Origin: Eledone cirrhosa
Taxonomy: Eukaryota
Reading direction: 5' to 3'
NCBI GenBank assembly: GCA_964016885.1
Contig: OZ024743.1
Coordinates: forward strand, 23,188,001 to 23,252,000
Length of the DNA stretch: 64,000 bases
In this document: one piece after another, positions 37,761 through 48,912 of the stretch
How positions within the stretch are numbered: the stretch's first letter is position 1
Layout: every line of letters starts with the position of its first letter
Position numbers and translations under genes: made by a program
The notes under the pieces: generated by a model
Seen by the model: only the letters and a program-made list of their open reading frames with translations
What the model was told of the DNA's origin: nothing
The model's database searches: none

Positions 37761-38919
37761 TCACCAGAAGACTCTCACACCCCTCACCCACCAACTCAGG
37801 TCTTCCTTCTGTCCACCCACTCAGTCATATGACTTGACTAAATAGGGACAGCATAGGGTAGTTAGTCTTGCAAGATCCAAGGAAAACTCACTAGAACTTG
37901 TACCACAATAAAAAGCACCTAGTACACTTCATAAAGTGATGGTGATTTAAGAGAGACAATGTAGGTTAGATAGGACCTGTTAGTCATACTAGGAACATAA
38001 TGACTCCACTGGTGCCATTGGCATAAGGAAGGGCATCCAGCCACAGAAACCATACTAAAATGTAAATTATAAGTATGACATAGCTCTTCAATCTGTTTTA
38101 TCTCAAACAGTGATGACCCATCTTACCCATGTCAGCATGAAAAGTGGACATATAATGATGATGATGTTGATTACTAAATAAATATTTTTATATAAAAATA
38201 AGTTTTTAAAAAAGCCTCCTTTCTTATAAGCAAAAAGAAAAGGTGCAGCCCCTTTACTGCCACACCCTACGCCCAGAGCCCAATCATCCTTCCCCTCCCC
38301 ACTCTTCTGTGACACTAGAGTCCTTGCCATTCCCTCCCTTTCCCTGGGTTTTTGTCTTTTTTCTCTATATTTTCCTATTTTACATTCCATTCTTTCTTCT
38401 CAAGCTAAATTTTCTTCTTTTCTTTATCTATTAAACTTATTTACATGATATATTCCACAAATAAAATCATTTGAATTTTCAGGATGTTCATTAATTTAGA
38501 TGTAAATAAAAGACACTTCTGTAATGATATAAACTGGTCTAGTTACCAAAGATATTAACTGTTTAGATATTTAGCAATGAAAGAAAAAAGTGAAAAAAGT
38601 GAAAACAAAAATTTTACAATAAATATATTTCATTATTCCACCATAATCATTATATGCCAGTAAAGTTGATATTTGACCTATTATACAGATTAACATATTG
38701 ATGAGGTCAGAATAAGTCTGAAACATATCTGGACTTGTCTCCCATACTCAACAAAGAAAAAAATAAAATATCATTAGTCATTATTTAATATGAATTTTTT
38801 CCTCATTGCTTAATTATTTCTAGTTATCTATTTAATGCAGTAAATATGTTAACTGAACTAACAAGTTTATAATTTGTTTAGATATCAATTTAGTTAACCG
38901 ATTAACACTAGCATTGTTT

Positions 38920-39100
38920 TAGGGTCGGACGCCATGCTTTGCAGCACAGAGTTACGGTCCTTTATGATCTGAGTACAAATCCCGCCGAGGTTAACTTTGC
39001 CTTTCATCCTTACGGGGTCGATAAAATAAAGTATCAGTCACGCACTGGGGTCAATTTAATCGACTTTCCCCTCCCCAAAAATTTCTGGCCTTGTGCCTAT
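38920..39100 (+). mobile_element. SINE family A
   Basis: Near-consensus family A sequence. Confidence 0.85.
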
Positions 39101-39133
39101 ATCATTGTTTTAATCACTGCTGGAGTCCTTTAA

Positions 39134-39351
39134 CCCTTTAGCATTTAAAACAGCTGTATCTGACCAGAATTCTCTCACTTCTTTCTGTTCGAACCAACTG
39201 TAACCAGCTACCCATACTTATATTAAGGTATGGTTCTCAAAATAAATAATCTCAAAATCTCATAGATTTGATATCATGTGAGATAATTATGTAAGGTAAA
39301 GCCTATATGAAAATATAATAGGAAATATAGCTTAATGTAAATACTAAAGGG
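39134..39351. mobile_element. piggyBac-type MITE
   Basis: TTAA-CCCTTTAGCATTT...AATACTAAAGGG-TTAA. Confidence 0.88.
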
Positions 39352-39803
39352 TTAAAGTAAAAATCACAGTTAAAAATAGTTATCTGCAGAAGAAACATCA
39401 CAACAAAATGTTTTTTTCAAATAAGTCTGTCAACTGACCAGAAACAGTGGCATTGGCTGAAGATAACATCTGCTTCATTCATCAAATAAAGTATTTTTAG
39501 TGAATGTGACTACTGCTTTGTTACAGCAGCAAACAAGAATTTGCTATTGGTTAATTTTTTTGCAATGTAGTAACCTTTCATTTAGTCTACAATTGAGAGA
39601 CTTTGTCTGTAAATGGCTGGGATGGGGGAGAAAATGAAACAGAACTAATTTATGTCATTACTACTCTTCATGTTAGTGAGGGAATAGGCAAATGAAAAGT
39701 GCTTAAACTACTTACATGTATATGGTGCACACTTTATGATGAAAAAATTCAAATTATAAAGAAAGTAAAAAGCTCTCTTTTTCTCTCCACACACTCTCTC
39801 TCT

Positions 39804-39838
<35 letters not shown>

Positions 39839-40041
39839 ATACTTGGGGAGGGTCATATTTGTGTAATATTGCCAGAATTAATAACAGAACACACTCACTG
39901 TTTGGTTGGTTTTCGCTTCTCGCTTCTGTGTCTTTTATATCGGTAATCTAACTTACTCGGTCCTCAATGTTGCCATTGACTGACCGACGGTCAAAAAAAA
40001 TACAGATACAATATAGACATAAACACATATATATATAGTTT

Positions 40042-40083
40042 ATCATAAATCTTTCGTTGCATATCTGCAACATCGTCAGTGGT
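40042..40083 (-). ncRNA. Hammerhead ribozyme candidate (mirror of 41318-41359)
   Basis: Exact reverse complement of the right-arm motif. Confidence 0.65.
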
Positions 40084-40335
40084 GTTATCGTTTCCTCCTG
40101 TTGTATTATATGTCTACGCCATTTTTATTCAGTCTGTCTATATATTTATTTATTTATTTGCTTGTTTGTTTATTTTATTTTGTCTTCTTTGCGCATGCGT
40201 TTGCGTGTGTGTATAGTGTTTTGTTTGCTGTGTGATGGGTGACTAGTGTGTGTTTATGTGCTTGTTGTTATTGTGTTTGTGTATGTATTTATTTATTTAT
40301 TTATTTATTTATTTTATTTTATTTTATTTACTTAT

Positions 40336-40701
40336 TTATACTTCTCTTAGGTCAGTGTTGTTTGTTTGGGTGTTGTTGTTATTCCATTCATTCTTTCTGT
40401 TTAGTCTTGGCCTTCTAATTTCTAATTCACTGGCCTCTCTGATTTGCCTATCTGCTGGGTCATTTCTATGTTTAGATATTATTCTAATTTCTATGTTGTC
40501 TATGTTACCGTCATGTTGTTGTCTAACATGTTCGTATAGTACTGACCCGTTTTTTCGTCCTTTTAGTTCCCCCCAGTGTTGGTCTATCCTTTCACCTATG
40601 CTACGAGCTGTCTCACCTATGTATGTTGTTGTCATGTTTCTGCAAGTACCCTCTGTACATCTTATGCTATAGACTACGTTTCTAGTTTTACAGTTTATCC
40701 G
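40336..40701 (-). pseudogene. GIY-YIG endonuclease C-terminal fragment of a PLE (mirror copy)
   Basis: Reverse complement of 40700-41065 with one L/I difference. Confidence 0.85.
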
Positions 40702-41065
40702 GATAAACTGTAAAACTAGAAACGTAGTCTATAGCATAAGATGTACAGAGGGTACTTGCAGAAACATGACAACAACATACATAGGTGAGACAGCTCGTAG
40801 CATAGGTGAAAGGATAGACCAACACTGGGGGGAACTAAAAGGACGAAAAAACGGGTCAGTACTATACGAACATGTTAGACAACAACATGACGGTAACATA
40901 GACAACATAGAAATTAGAATAATATCTAAACATAGAAATGACCCAGCAGATAGGCAAATCAGAGAGGCCAGTGAAATAGAAATTAGAAGGCCAAGACTAA
41001 ACAGAAAGAATGAATGGAATAACAACAACACCCAAACAAACAACACTGACCTAAGAGAAGTATAA
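40700..41065 (+). pseudogene. GIY-YIG endonuclease C-terminal fragment of a PLE
   Basis: RINCKTRNVVYSIRCTEGTC..TYIGETARSIGERIDQH..H..H..RQIREA..I..P.LNRKNEW; RT absent (5' truncation). Confidence 0.88.
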
Positions 41066-41317
41066 ATAAGTAAATAAAATAAAATAAAATAAATAAATAA
41101 ATAAATAAATAAATACATACACAAACACAATAACAACAAGCACATAAACACACACTAGTCACCCATCACACAGCAAACAAAACACTATACACACACGCAA
41201 ACGCATGCGCAAAGAAGACAAAATAAAATAAACAAACAAGCAAATAAATAAATAAATATATAGACAGACTGAATAAAAATGGCGTAGACATATAATACAA
41301 CAGGAGGAAACGATAAC

Positions 41318-41359
41318 ACCACTGACGATGTTGCAGATATGCAACGAAAGATTTATGAT
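41318..41359 (+). ncRNA. Type I hammerhead candidate with weak stem I
   Basis: ACCA CTGACGA T GTTGCA-GATA-TGCAAC GAAA GATT TA TGAT; homologous position to 43034-43078. Confidence 0.65.
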
Positions 41360-41608
41360 AAACTATATATATGTGTTTATGTCTATATTGTATCTGTATT
41401 TTTTTTTACCGTCGGTCAGTCAATGGCAACATTGAGGACCGAGTAAGTTAGATTACCGATATAAAAGACACAGAAGCGAGAAGCGAAAACCAACCAAACA
41501 GTGAGTGTGTTCTGTTATTAATTCTGGCAATATTACACAAATATGACCCTCCCCAAGTATAACAATATTTGTTTCGACACACGATTTCATATAAAAAACC
41601 TCGCAAAA

Positions 41609-41659
<51 letters not shown>

Positions 41660-41662
<3 letters not shown>

Positions 41663-42636
41663 GTTATTAGGAGTATTCCAAAGCTTGGTAGAACAAGTTG
41701 TGAGGAAAGTTCTCAACATACGTTAAGGTGACTCGACAGGTTGGTAGGGATTCTGTAGTGGAAACACGAACAAACGAGGAGTGTAATCAAAGAAGAGAAA
41801 TAGGACGAAGGTAAACAATTACAAAAGAATTTAATCCACGTATTTACAATTGTTTCATTAGAATTTCAGTCCATTATTGCTACACTATGTTATAATAGGC
41901 AATCAAGAAAGATACTGAAGCATCCGAATTTTCAAAATACAAAATTGAAATAACCTTAGGAAATGAAATAAGGGGTAGTAGTGTAAGATAGAGGAACAGA
42001 GAGAGAGAGAGAGGGGCAAAAGAGAGGGAGAGAGAGAAAAGGGATAGAGGAAGGGAGAGAAAGAGATAGTGTGGTGTGAGAGGATTTGTATAGGGAGGGG
42101 GAGGAGGGATGTGTGCTAAAAGTTGTGATGAGTAGAGGGAGAGAGAAGGAAGATAGAATTTTAAGAGGCATTTGGAAGTGGACAGGCGAAAGTCTTACCA
42201 GAGAACAGATGAAGGAAGAAAGTATTAAATTTCATATATAGTCTATTTTTAGGGGTGTAGAATTGTTATTTAGGGTAGAAAGATAGGTAGTGTTAGGATT
42301 TGGTTGAAGGTTTGAAGTGTGAGAATTTCGCTTTCAGTTTATGCTGGCAAAAAATTGACCTTTCAATTTTGTTGTTGAGTAGTTGGTGGCTTGAGCTTAG
42401 AATATGGAAGAGCTCATTAAAGCTCATTACGCAATAAAGCACCACCAACACCGTTACGTAACGACTCTCGCCGACAAAATTTGGCATTTAAAAGGGAGTA
42501 ACCGACACTACACCCAAACTCTCACATGCTCCTCCATACCGGAGTGGGATGAAAACGTGCCCGTTGTGTAATAATGAGCTCTTCCATATTCTAAGCTCAA
42601 GCCACCAACTACTCAACAACAAAATTGAAAGGTCAA
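41660..42636 (-). mobile_element. 5'-truncated PLE of a second family, with inverted 5' segment (about 42433-42636 on +)
   Basis: TTLADKIWHLK..APPY..KTCPLCNNELFHI..LLNNKIERSIFCQHKLK resembles the PLE C-terminal C-x-LC-x2-E..LN..E..C-x-H motif; ~70 bp duplicated in inverted orientation; hammerhead in the 3' region. Confidence 0.75.
41840..41940 (-). ncRNA. Degenerate type I hammerhead with long stem II
   Basis: Minus strand: GTATT TTGAAAA ...TTCAGT...ACTGAA... T GAAA CAATTG TA AATAC; two substitutions in CUGANGA. Confidence 0.6.
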
Positions 42637-43236
42637 TTTGCCTAAACATTGCATCTTTTCTGTGTGTGGATTCTATTTTTATTTCTATGTTCTCTAATTT
42701 ACCCCTGTGTTCTATCTATAGATGCAATGTTTAGGCAAATTACAGAGGCAGTAAGCATAAAAGAATTACAACCAAAATTAAATAGAAAATATGAGTGGAA
42801 CAGCATCATCACAACTTACAATTAAGGACAAAATGAAAACACACACACACATAGAACAAACAACCAACCAACAATAAATAAATAAATAAATAAACAAATA
42901 GATAAATGAACACAAACACACACAGACACCCGGATGTGGCGCATGCGCAAACTGAGCACACAACACACACACAGAAACAAAATGGCGTAGGACAGAAGAA
43001 AGGAAAGGCACAGAAACAAAGAAAGGAATCCCCAGTCACTGAAGAGGTCACAGAGTGTGTGACGAAAGGACTATGACTATATATAAACAACTATCTGGTT
43101 GTGGAACCAACCAACCAACCAGAAATTTATAAGTTTGTAGATTTGTAAATTTATAAATTTATAAATATATAATAAATTGAAGTGAAAGCAACTGGTGCGT
43201 GTGTTTCTTATTGGCAACATGACCCTCCCAAAGTAT

Positions 43237-43243
<7 letters not shown>
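42635..43243 (+). mobile_element. 5'-truncated PLE related to the palindrome family, with short 5' inversion
   Basis: DAMFRQITEAVSIKELQPKLNRKYEWN (42721-42825); inverted EHRGKLENIEIKIESTHRKDAMFRQI; 22-bp inverted overlap; 3' end ATGACCCTCCCAAAGTATAACAATA matches 41543-41567 at 24/25. Confidence 0.85.
43034..43078 (+). ncRNA. Type I minimal hammerhead ribozyme
   Basis: AGTCA CTGAAGA G GTCACA-GAGTG-TGTGAC GAAA GGAC TA TGACT. Confidence 0.85.
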
Positions 43244-43287
<44 letters not shown>

Positions 43288-43289
<2 letters not shown>

Positions 43290-43555
43290 GAAATGACAGG
43301 AGGCTGGATTTGTGTAAATCCTTGAAAGGTTTATTATACTATGATCATTTCAATGACCGGGTTCCGTATGAATCCGGTGATATCATCAGGTATTCGAAAT
43401 ATAATACGTGAATGTAATAGATAAAATCCATGGGGCTGAAAATCGAGGGCCCGAGGGCGACCGCTATTCTGTTCCTTCAACCTCAGCCGGTCGCCCTCGA
43501 GTGACGTGGCTAAAGTTTATACTATGCTACTACCGGTCAGATAAACGAAAACAGA
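43288..43555 (-). mobile_element. Short non-coding PLE-like insert in microsatellite with hammerhead and GC-rich hairpin
   Basis: Flanked by (TA)n and (CA)n/(TA)n; hammerhead 43336-43393; 12-bp stem 43452-43499. Confidence 0.65.
43336..43393 (-). ncRNA. Type I hammerhead ribozyme
   Basis: Minus strand: ATAC CTGATGA T ATCACCGGATTC-ATACG-GAACCCGGTCAT T GAAA TGATCA TA GTAT. Confidence 0.82.
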
Positions 43556-43606
43556 ACACACACACACAGACATATATATATATATATATATATGTCTGTG
43601 TGTGTG

Positions 43607-43646
<40 letters not shown>

Positions 43647-44714
43647 AAAATGTGTTATATGTACATAACATATATTTCATCAGTTTTGCCTTCAGAAACG
43701 TATGGACAACTTTTTTTACGTTGGGGAATGATTATACAGCAAGGTACATTTGCCAATTATCATATTTTTGAATAATGGGATCCCTGTTTATGTTCCACAT
43801 AAATAATATAACCACTGATGTCAGATGTGAAAGGAAGAGACAAACAACCACATATTCGAGTTATCAATATAAAGTTAGTGTTGTATCAAAAAGTATAACT
43901 TAATGATTTGATAAACAGAGATCAATAAGAATCCTTCAAAGGGAATCCTAGCATGACTTCAGTCCAGTGCCTGAAACCAGTGAATGAATAAAAGCATTAT
44001 CTGCTAGCACCATGCAGTGGCTTGCATCTGGGAGTGTGTATGCTAGAGAGTGTTCACCCACATGGTCTGGGTTTATATCAATGGAGTAGAGATAATTGAG
44101 TTTTATAATTTTTTTCAATTTCTGATTGACACTAATATAGGCATAGTCATTGAAATAAGAAAAAAATATCCAACAAAAAAGCCCTATACTGGAAGGTTTC
44201 ATGCAGTCAACATTATGGTGGACTGTATGAATGATTGCATGAACACTTGAGGCATCAGCTGTGTAATGTTTTTCATGTTATACATGTCATGTATATAATA
44301 GATTCTTGACACTTCTATTACAAGTGTTTATTGTTTGATGTGGTATGGTAAATAAATATATACATATACACCATGTCTGAACACAATGGAACCACACTGC
44401 CTCTGTCTCTCCCACTTTCCCCATCTCTCACTATTATAAACAAATGGGGGCCCACATGCTGGCTGCCCTGTGACCCTGGGGTTTCCACAGAGGATGGTGA
44501 GGGGGGGGGGGGGGCGCACTGGAAGAGCCATTCTAGCTTGTGAGTCTCACAGCATTTTTACGATCTTGTATGATAAAGTTACTAAATCAATGATAGAATT
44601 GTTAAAGCATCAGACAAAATGCTACACACCTTAGGTTTCACCTCTTTATATTCTGAATTTAAATCTTGCCAATGCCAACTTTGATTTTCCACCTTTCAAG
44701 GTCAATGAAATGAT

Positions 44715-45035
44715 TACTAGATATGAAATGGAAATCAGCACTGGGAAGACAAAAGTCATGACAAACAACCAAGACAGGATCAGCACCATAATTTCTGTCA
44801 ATGACTATGAGCTTGAGACTGTTAACTACTTCAAATAACTAGCTGCCTTCATCAACAAAGAAGGGTCAAATCAGGACATGTCTCAAGGTTAAGACCAATA
44901 TGGCAAAATAAGAACATCAGTCTCAAAGTTAAACAAAAACTCATGTGTGCTCTAGTACATGCCATCTTTAAATATACCCATGAGACATGGATACCCACAG
45001 TAGAATTACAGAGGAAAATGCTGGCGAACTATTAT
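44715..45035 (+). mobile_element. RTE-like LINE RT fragment, decayed
   Basis: YEMEISTGKTKVMTN..LETVNYFK*L..KLMCALVHAIFKYTHETW. Confidence 0.7.
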
Positions 45036-46006
45036 ATCAGATATATATCATCATCATCATCACCACCATTTAACGTTTATTTTCCATGCCTCCCTGGGTT
45101 AGACAGACTGTCATATACTGAGGCTAGACTGATCAGGTGACCATGTCTTGCTTGTATGCTCTGCTTTTAACAGAGAGACAAATAGGCAGAGAGATTAATA
45201 GATGTAGGTATTTCTGTATGATTTTGGTTTCAATCTTACTCAGGATTTCTGCAATAGTTTCAGACAAACCAATAACTTGTGACCAACCATAGAGTGAAAC
45301 TGTTATATAAATCCTTTTACTGGTTTCAGTCATTTCATTATAGTCAATCGTATCAACCAGAGTATTTATCTTTTATAGTTTGGTCCTTATTCTACCAATG
45401 TCTATTTATCAAACAGCAAAATTACAAGCCATAGACAAATAATCAACATAAACATAAACAAGGACATATTCACACATACATACAAACACACATAAGATGA
45501 GCTTCTGCAGTTTCTATCTACCAAATTTCACTCACAAGACATGGATCATATTTGGTTTAGACCAGGTACACAGAATCCAGACATGTTGTAAGAACAAATA
45601 AAAGGATTGATGTCAAGAAGGGCTTCTGACTATAAAACATTGCCTCAAAAATTATGGTGACAATATCATCATCATCATCATCATCGTTTAACGTCCATCT
45701 TTATGTATGTACGTATGTACGTATGTATGTATGTGTATATGTATGTATGTACATATGTATGACAGTAGGTAGCTATGGAGGTATATAGGTAGGTATGTAG
45801 TTAGGTAGGTTGGTATGTAGGTGGATGAAAACATTTGTAATGATTAGAACACCGAAAAGCCAAACTGAAATCATAAATACAATAAAAGAAAAATAATAGC
45901 AGTTAATGATATATTTGAGAACCAGTTATATTCCCAGTCTAGACATAGTCAACTCTCTCATAAGTTGCTATTGTTCATCAATTATCTAAACTAAACTGGC
46001 TCCTCT

Positions 46007-46186
46007 CGGCAGTATCGGTAGAGGGTCAGACGCCATGCTTTGATGCATAGAGTTACTGCCCTTGCCATTCTGAGTTCAAATCCCGCCAAGGTTAACTTTG
46101 CCTTTCATCCTTATGGGGTCGATAAAATAAAGTACCAGTAATACACTGGGTGGTTGCTGGCCTTGTGCCAAAAGTAGAAACAATTA
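46007..46186 (+). mobile_element. SINE family A, young copy
   Basis: Near-identical to 59485-59665. Confidence 0.9.
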
Positions 46187-46759
46187 TTTTTTTTACTACT
46201 TCCTAGCTTACACATAGATCTACTTATGTTCTTCACATGTTGCAACCTACACTTTGGATATGAAAAGAAAAAAGTACCCTCAGTTGCCAAAACGTACAGC
46301 ATTCTTCTAAATCTTTTATTACCATATTTCTAATGAAATTCATGCCCTACATGTTCCAATTATAATTGATAATGATCAAACATTTTTGAGAATTCACTAA
46401 AATAACTAAGTCATTCATTGTAAGCTGATATTTATAACATTACTTAACAAAATGTCTAAAATATATTATGATGGAAGGTTTTAATATAAAGATAAACATG
46501 TTAAAATGAACAGTTTTGTATTATAAACCCAGGTCAGTTTCAGGTAGTTTGGTAACAGAGGCCTAAACTGTTCATACCTGTCTCACCATCTTGACTTTAT
46601 ATCATAATTAACTATATCTTCTAAATGAATTGTTGGTAGTATTAGTGATGTAATTTTGATTGGAAATGTATATACATTAGAAAGATTACACAATGAAATG
46701 AGTAAGAGATGTTCTGAATATTGCAACTTCTACTGGTAATAAGAGCTTTTTGTTCTTCA

Positions 46760-46890
46760 TGTTGACTGAGCTATGTGAAAGACATTTTCAGATTAATCGG
46801 GGAGACATATAATCAAGAGACATATAATTTCCACTCACATCTTGTGATATCCTCTGGGTTAAGGCTTTCCCTATTCTGACTACTGGAACC
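46760..46890 (+). mobile_element. Second, more decayed CRE-like 3' remnant
   Basis: ATCCTCTGGGTTAAGGCTTTCCCTATTCTG matches ATCCTCCAGTGAAATGCTTTCTCTATTCTG of the 29780-30020 remnant at 23/30. Confidence 0.35.
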
Positions 46891-47472
46891 ACGAAATAGC
46901 ATGCACCTGGAGTCAGCACATGAGATAGAGTTTTTCCAACTTGTCTAGGCATATATCATGATGGTAGTAATGGTGGTAAACTCTGTAACAATGATAATGA
47001 ACCAGAAAAGGGATGGTAATGGCTGACATACAGGCACACATTCATGGTAGAGCCATTTATCTAGGTAATCTTTGCCACTTCCACTTGCATTTCAGAAGAT
47101 TCTCTTAACACAAACATTATCAATGCTTTTTTATTTCTAATGGGATGTTTGGTTAGTTCAACTATGAACTATGGTTTATTGTCTCTTATACTTTCCCAAC
47201 ACACACTTACATACACACACACAGAGACACACTTACACACACACACACACAGACGAGAGACAGAGAGAAAGAAAGAAAGAGAGAGAGGGAGGGAGGAGAG
47301 AGAGACAGACAGACAGATGAAATAAATCAGTTAATGAATGGTTACAATAATCTAATTTGTGTCTTGTTCAGACAAGTCATCCCAGGTTATCTCAAACTGA
47401 ATTTTCTGTTTATTCTATGAAATTTGTTAAATGTTTATTTAACTACTAGTGAACCACTGCCTTCAATAATGA

Positions 47473-47688
47473 TTTCTACTATAGGCACAAGGCCAGCAAT
47501 TTGAGGAGAGGAGAAAGTCGATTAAATCGACCCCAGTGCATTACTGGTATTTTATTTTATCGACCCCGTAAGGATGAAAGGCAAAGCTAACCTCGGCAGG
47601 ATTTGAACTCAGAACATAAAGGGCCGTAACTCTATGCTGCAAAGCATGGTGTCCGACACTCTACCGATACTGTCAATCCACCGCCCTA
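47473..47688 (-). mobile_element. SINE family A, full length
   Basis: 17-bp TSD ACTGCCTTCAATAATGA at 47456-47472 and 47689-47705. Confidence 0.93.
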
Positions 47689-48689
47689 ACTGCCTTCAAT
47701 AATGACAGCAGTAACAGTGAAAGTATTTAACATTTGGAATTATATACCAGGATGTATGAACAATCATACAAATTAGGAAATTTACATTTTGATATAGTTC
47801 ATGTAAGAGAAACCCTATAGTTTATGTTGATTATTGACATGTGGAAGTGATTAAAGATGAAAATATTATTTTAATCATTTATTTCTAGGATATAATTACA
47901 TGTGCACAAATGACATACAGGAGGATTAAATGTATGAGTAACATTGGAGAAATAACTATTCATAGAGATATATGGGTTAGAATCCAAGAATCACGTGTGA
48001 TGAAAAGTGAACTTCTTATTCGAGCAACATGATTGAGACAGAAAATGCATTATGCATAAGTTTTAAAGAGTTACAGACGTGGATATTTATAAATATAAGA
48101 CCCCATGTGGCTGTATTACTGTGTTTTATAAGTTTTATGTCCCATATTATTTGGTTACTGTTGTTGAAGATTAATTTGGTATCTATGGATAGAGAAGCTA
48201 CATTAATCAATAAAAATAAGAAGTATGAAAATAATATTGAAGATCCCCACTAACATCAACACCCTATCCATTACACTGTCATCTTCTTCCCATCATTGTT
48301 ATCTTCCTCCTATCAGCATCATCATAAATATTATTTACATCATCATCATCATCTTTACAATTTTCACTATCACCATCATCATCATCATCTTAAACTTTAC
48401 TAACTCCTGGCATCATCACCATGACCATTAACAGTTTTACATCTGGACAAAAACATCAGCTCGTTATCTGTTTTAACATACTATAGCTCTCATCATTCTT
48501 CAACCTATCATCACTGCTGCCACCAGTCCCACAACCATATATCTTTTACCATCATCACCAACACAATTTTGCCACCACCACCACTGCCACCATTACCGTT
48601 ACCTTCACCACAATGATTGCCATAAAGATAAATTTAATAAGTAACAAGAGCAAGGTAGTTAATATTTATATGATTATTATTCTTGACAC

Positions 48690-48912
48690 CAGGGCAGTCG
48701 ATTGGTAGTATCAGTAAATCGAGGGCATGTTGCATTGCAGCATAGAGTTACGGCCCTTTACGTCCCCAGTTCAAATCCTACCAAGGTTAGCTTTGCCTTT
48801 CATCCTTATCGAGTTGATAAAATAAAGTGTCAGTCATGCACTGGGATCGATTTAATAAATTTCCCCCTTCCCCATGAATTGCTGGCTTTGTGCCTAAAAC
48901 AGAAACCATTAT
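48690..48912 (+). mobile_element. SINE family A
   Basis: Family A head, B-box and core. Confidence 0.85.

Larger units (their letters stand above)
39831..41568. mobile_element. Spacerless ~1.74-kb palindrome formed by a 5'-truncated Penelope-like element and its inverted copy
   Basis: Centre ...TTATCC|GGATAA... at 40700/40701; ~870-bp arms with three differences noticed; GIY-YIG frame and hammerhead in each arm; (TA)n flanks. Confidence 0.93.

Noticed and set aside
40057-41344. Hydrophobic 140-aa and 61-aa ORF pairs
   Set aside because: Antisense shadows of the GIY-YIG frame and A-rich UTR, duplicated by the palindrome
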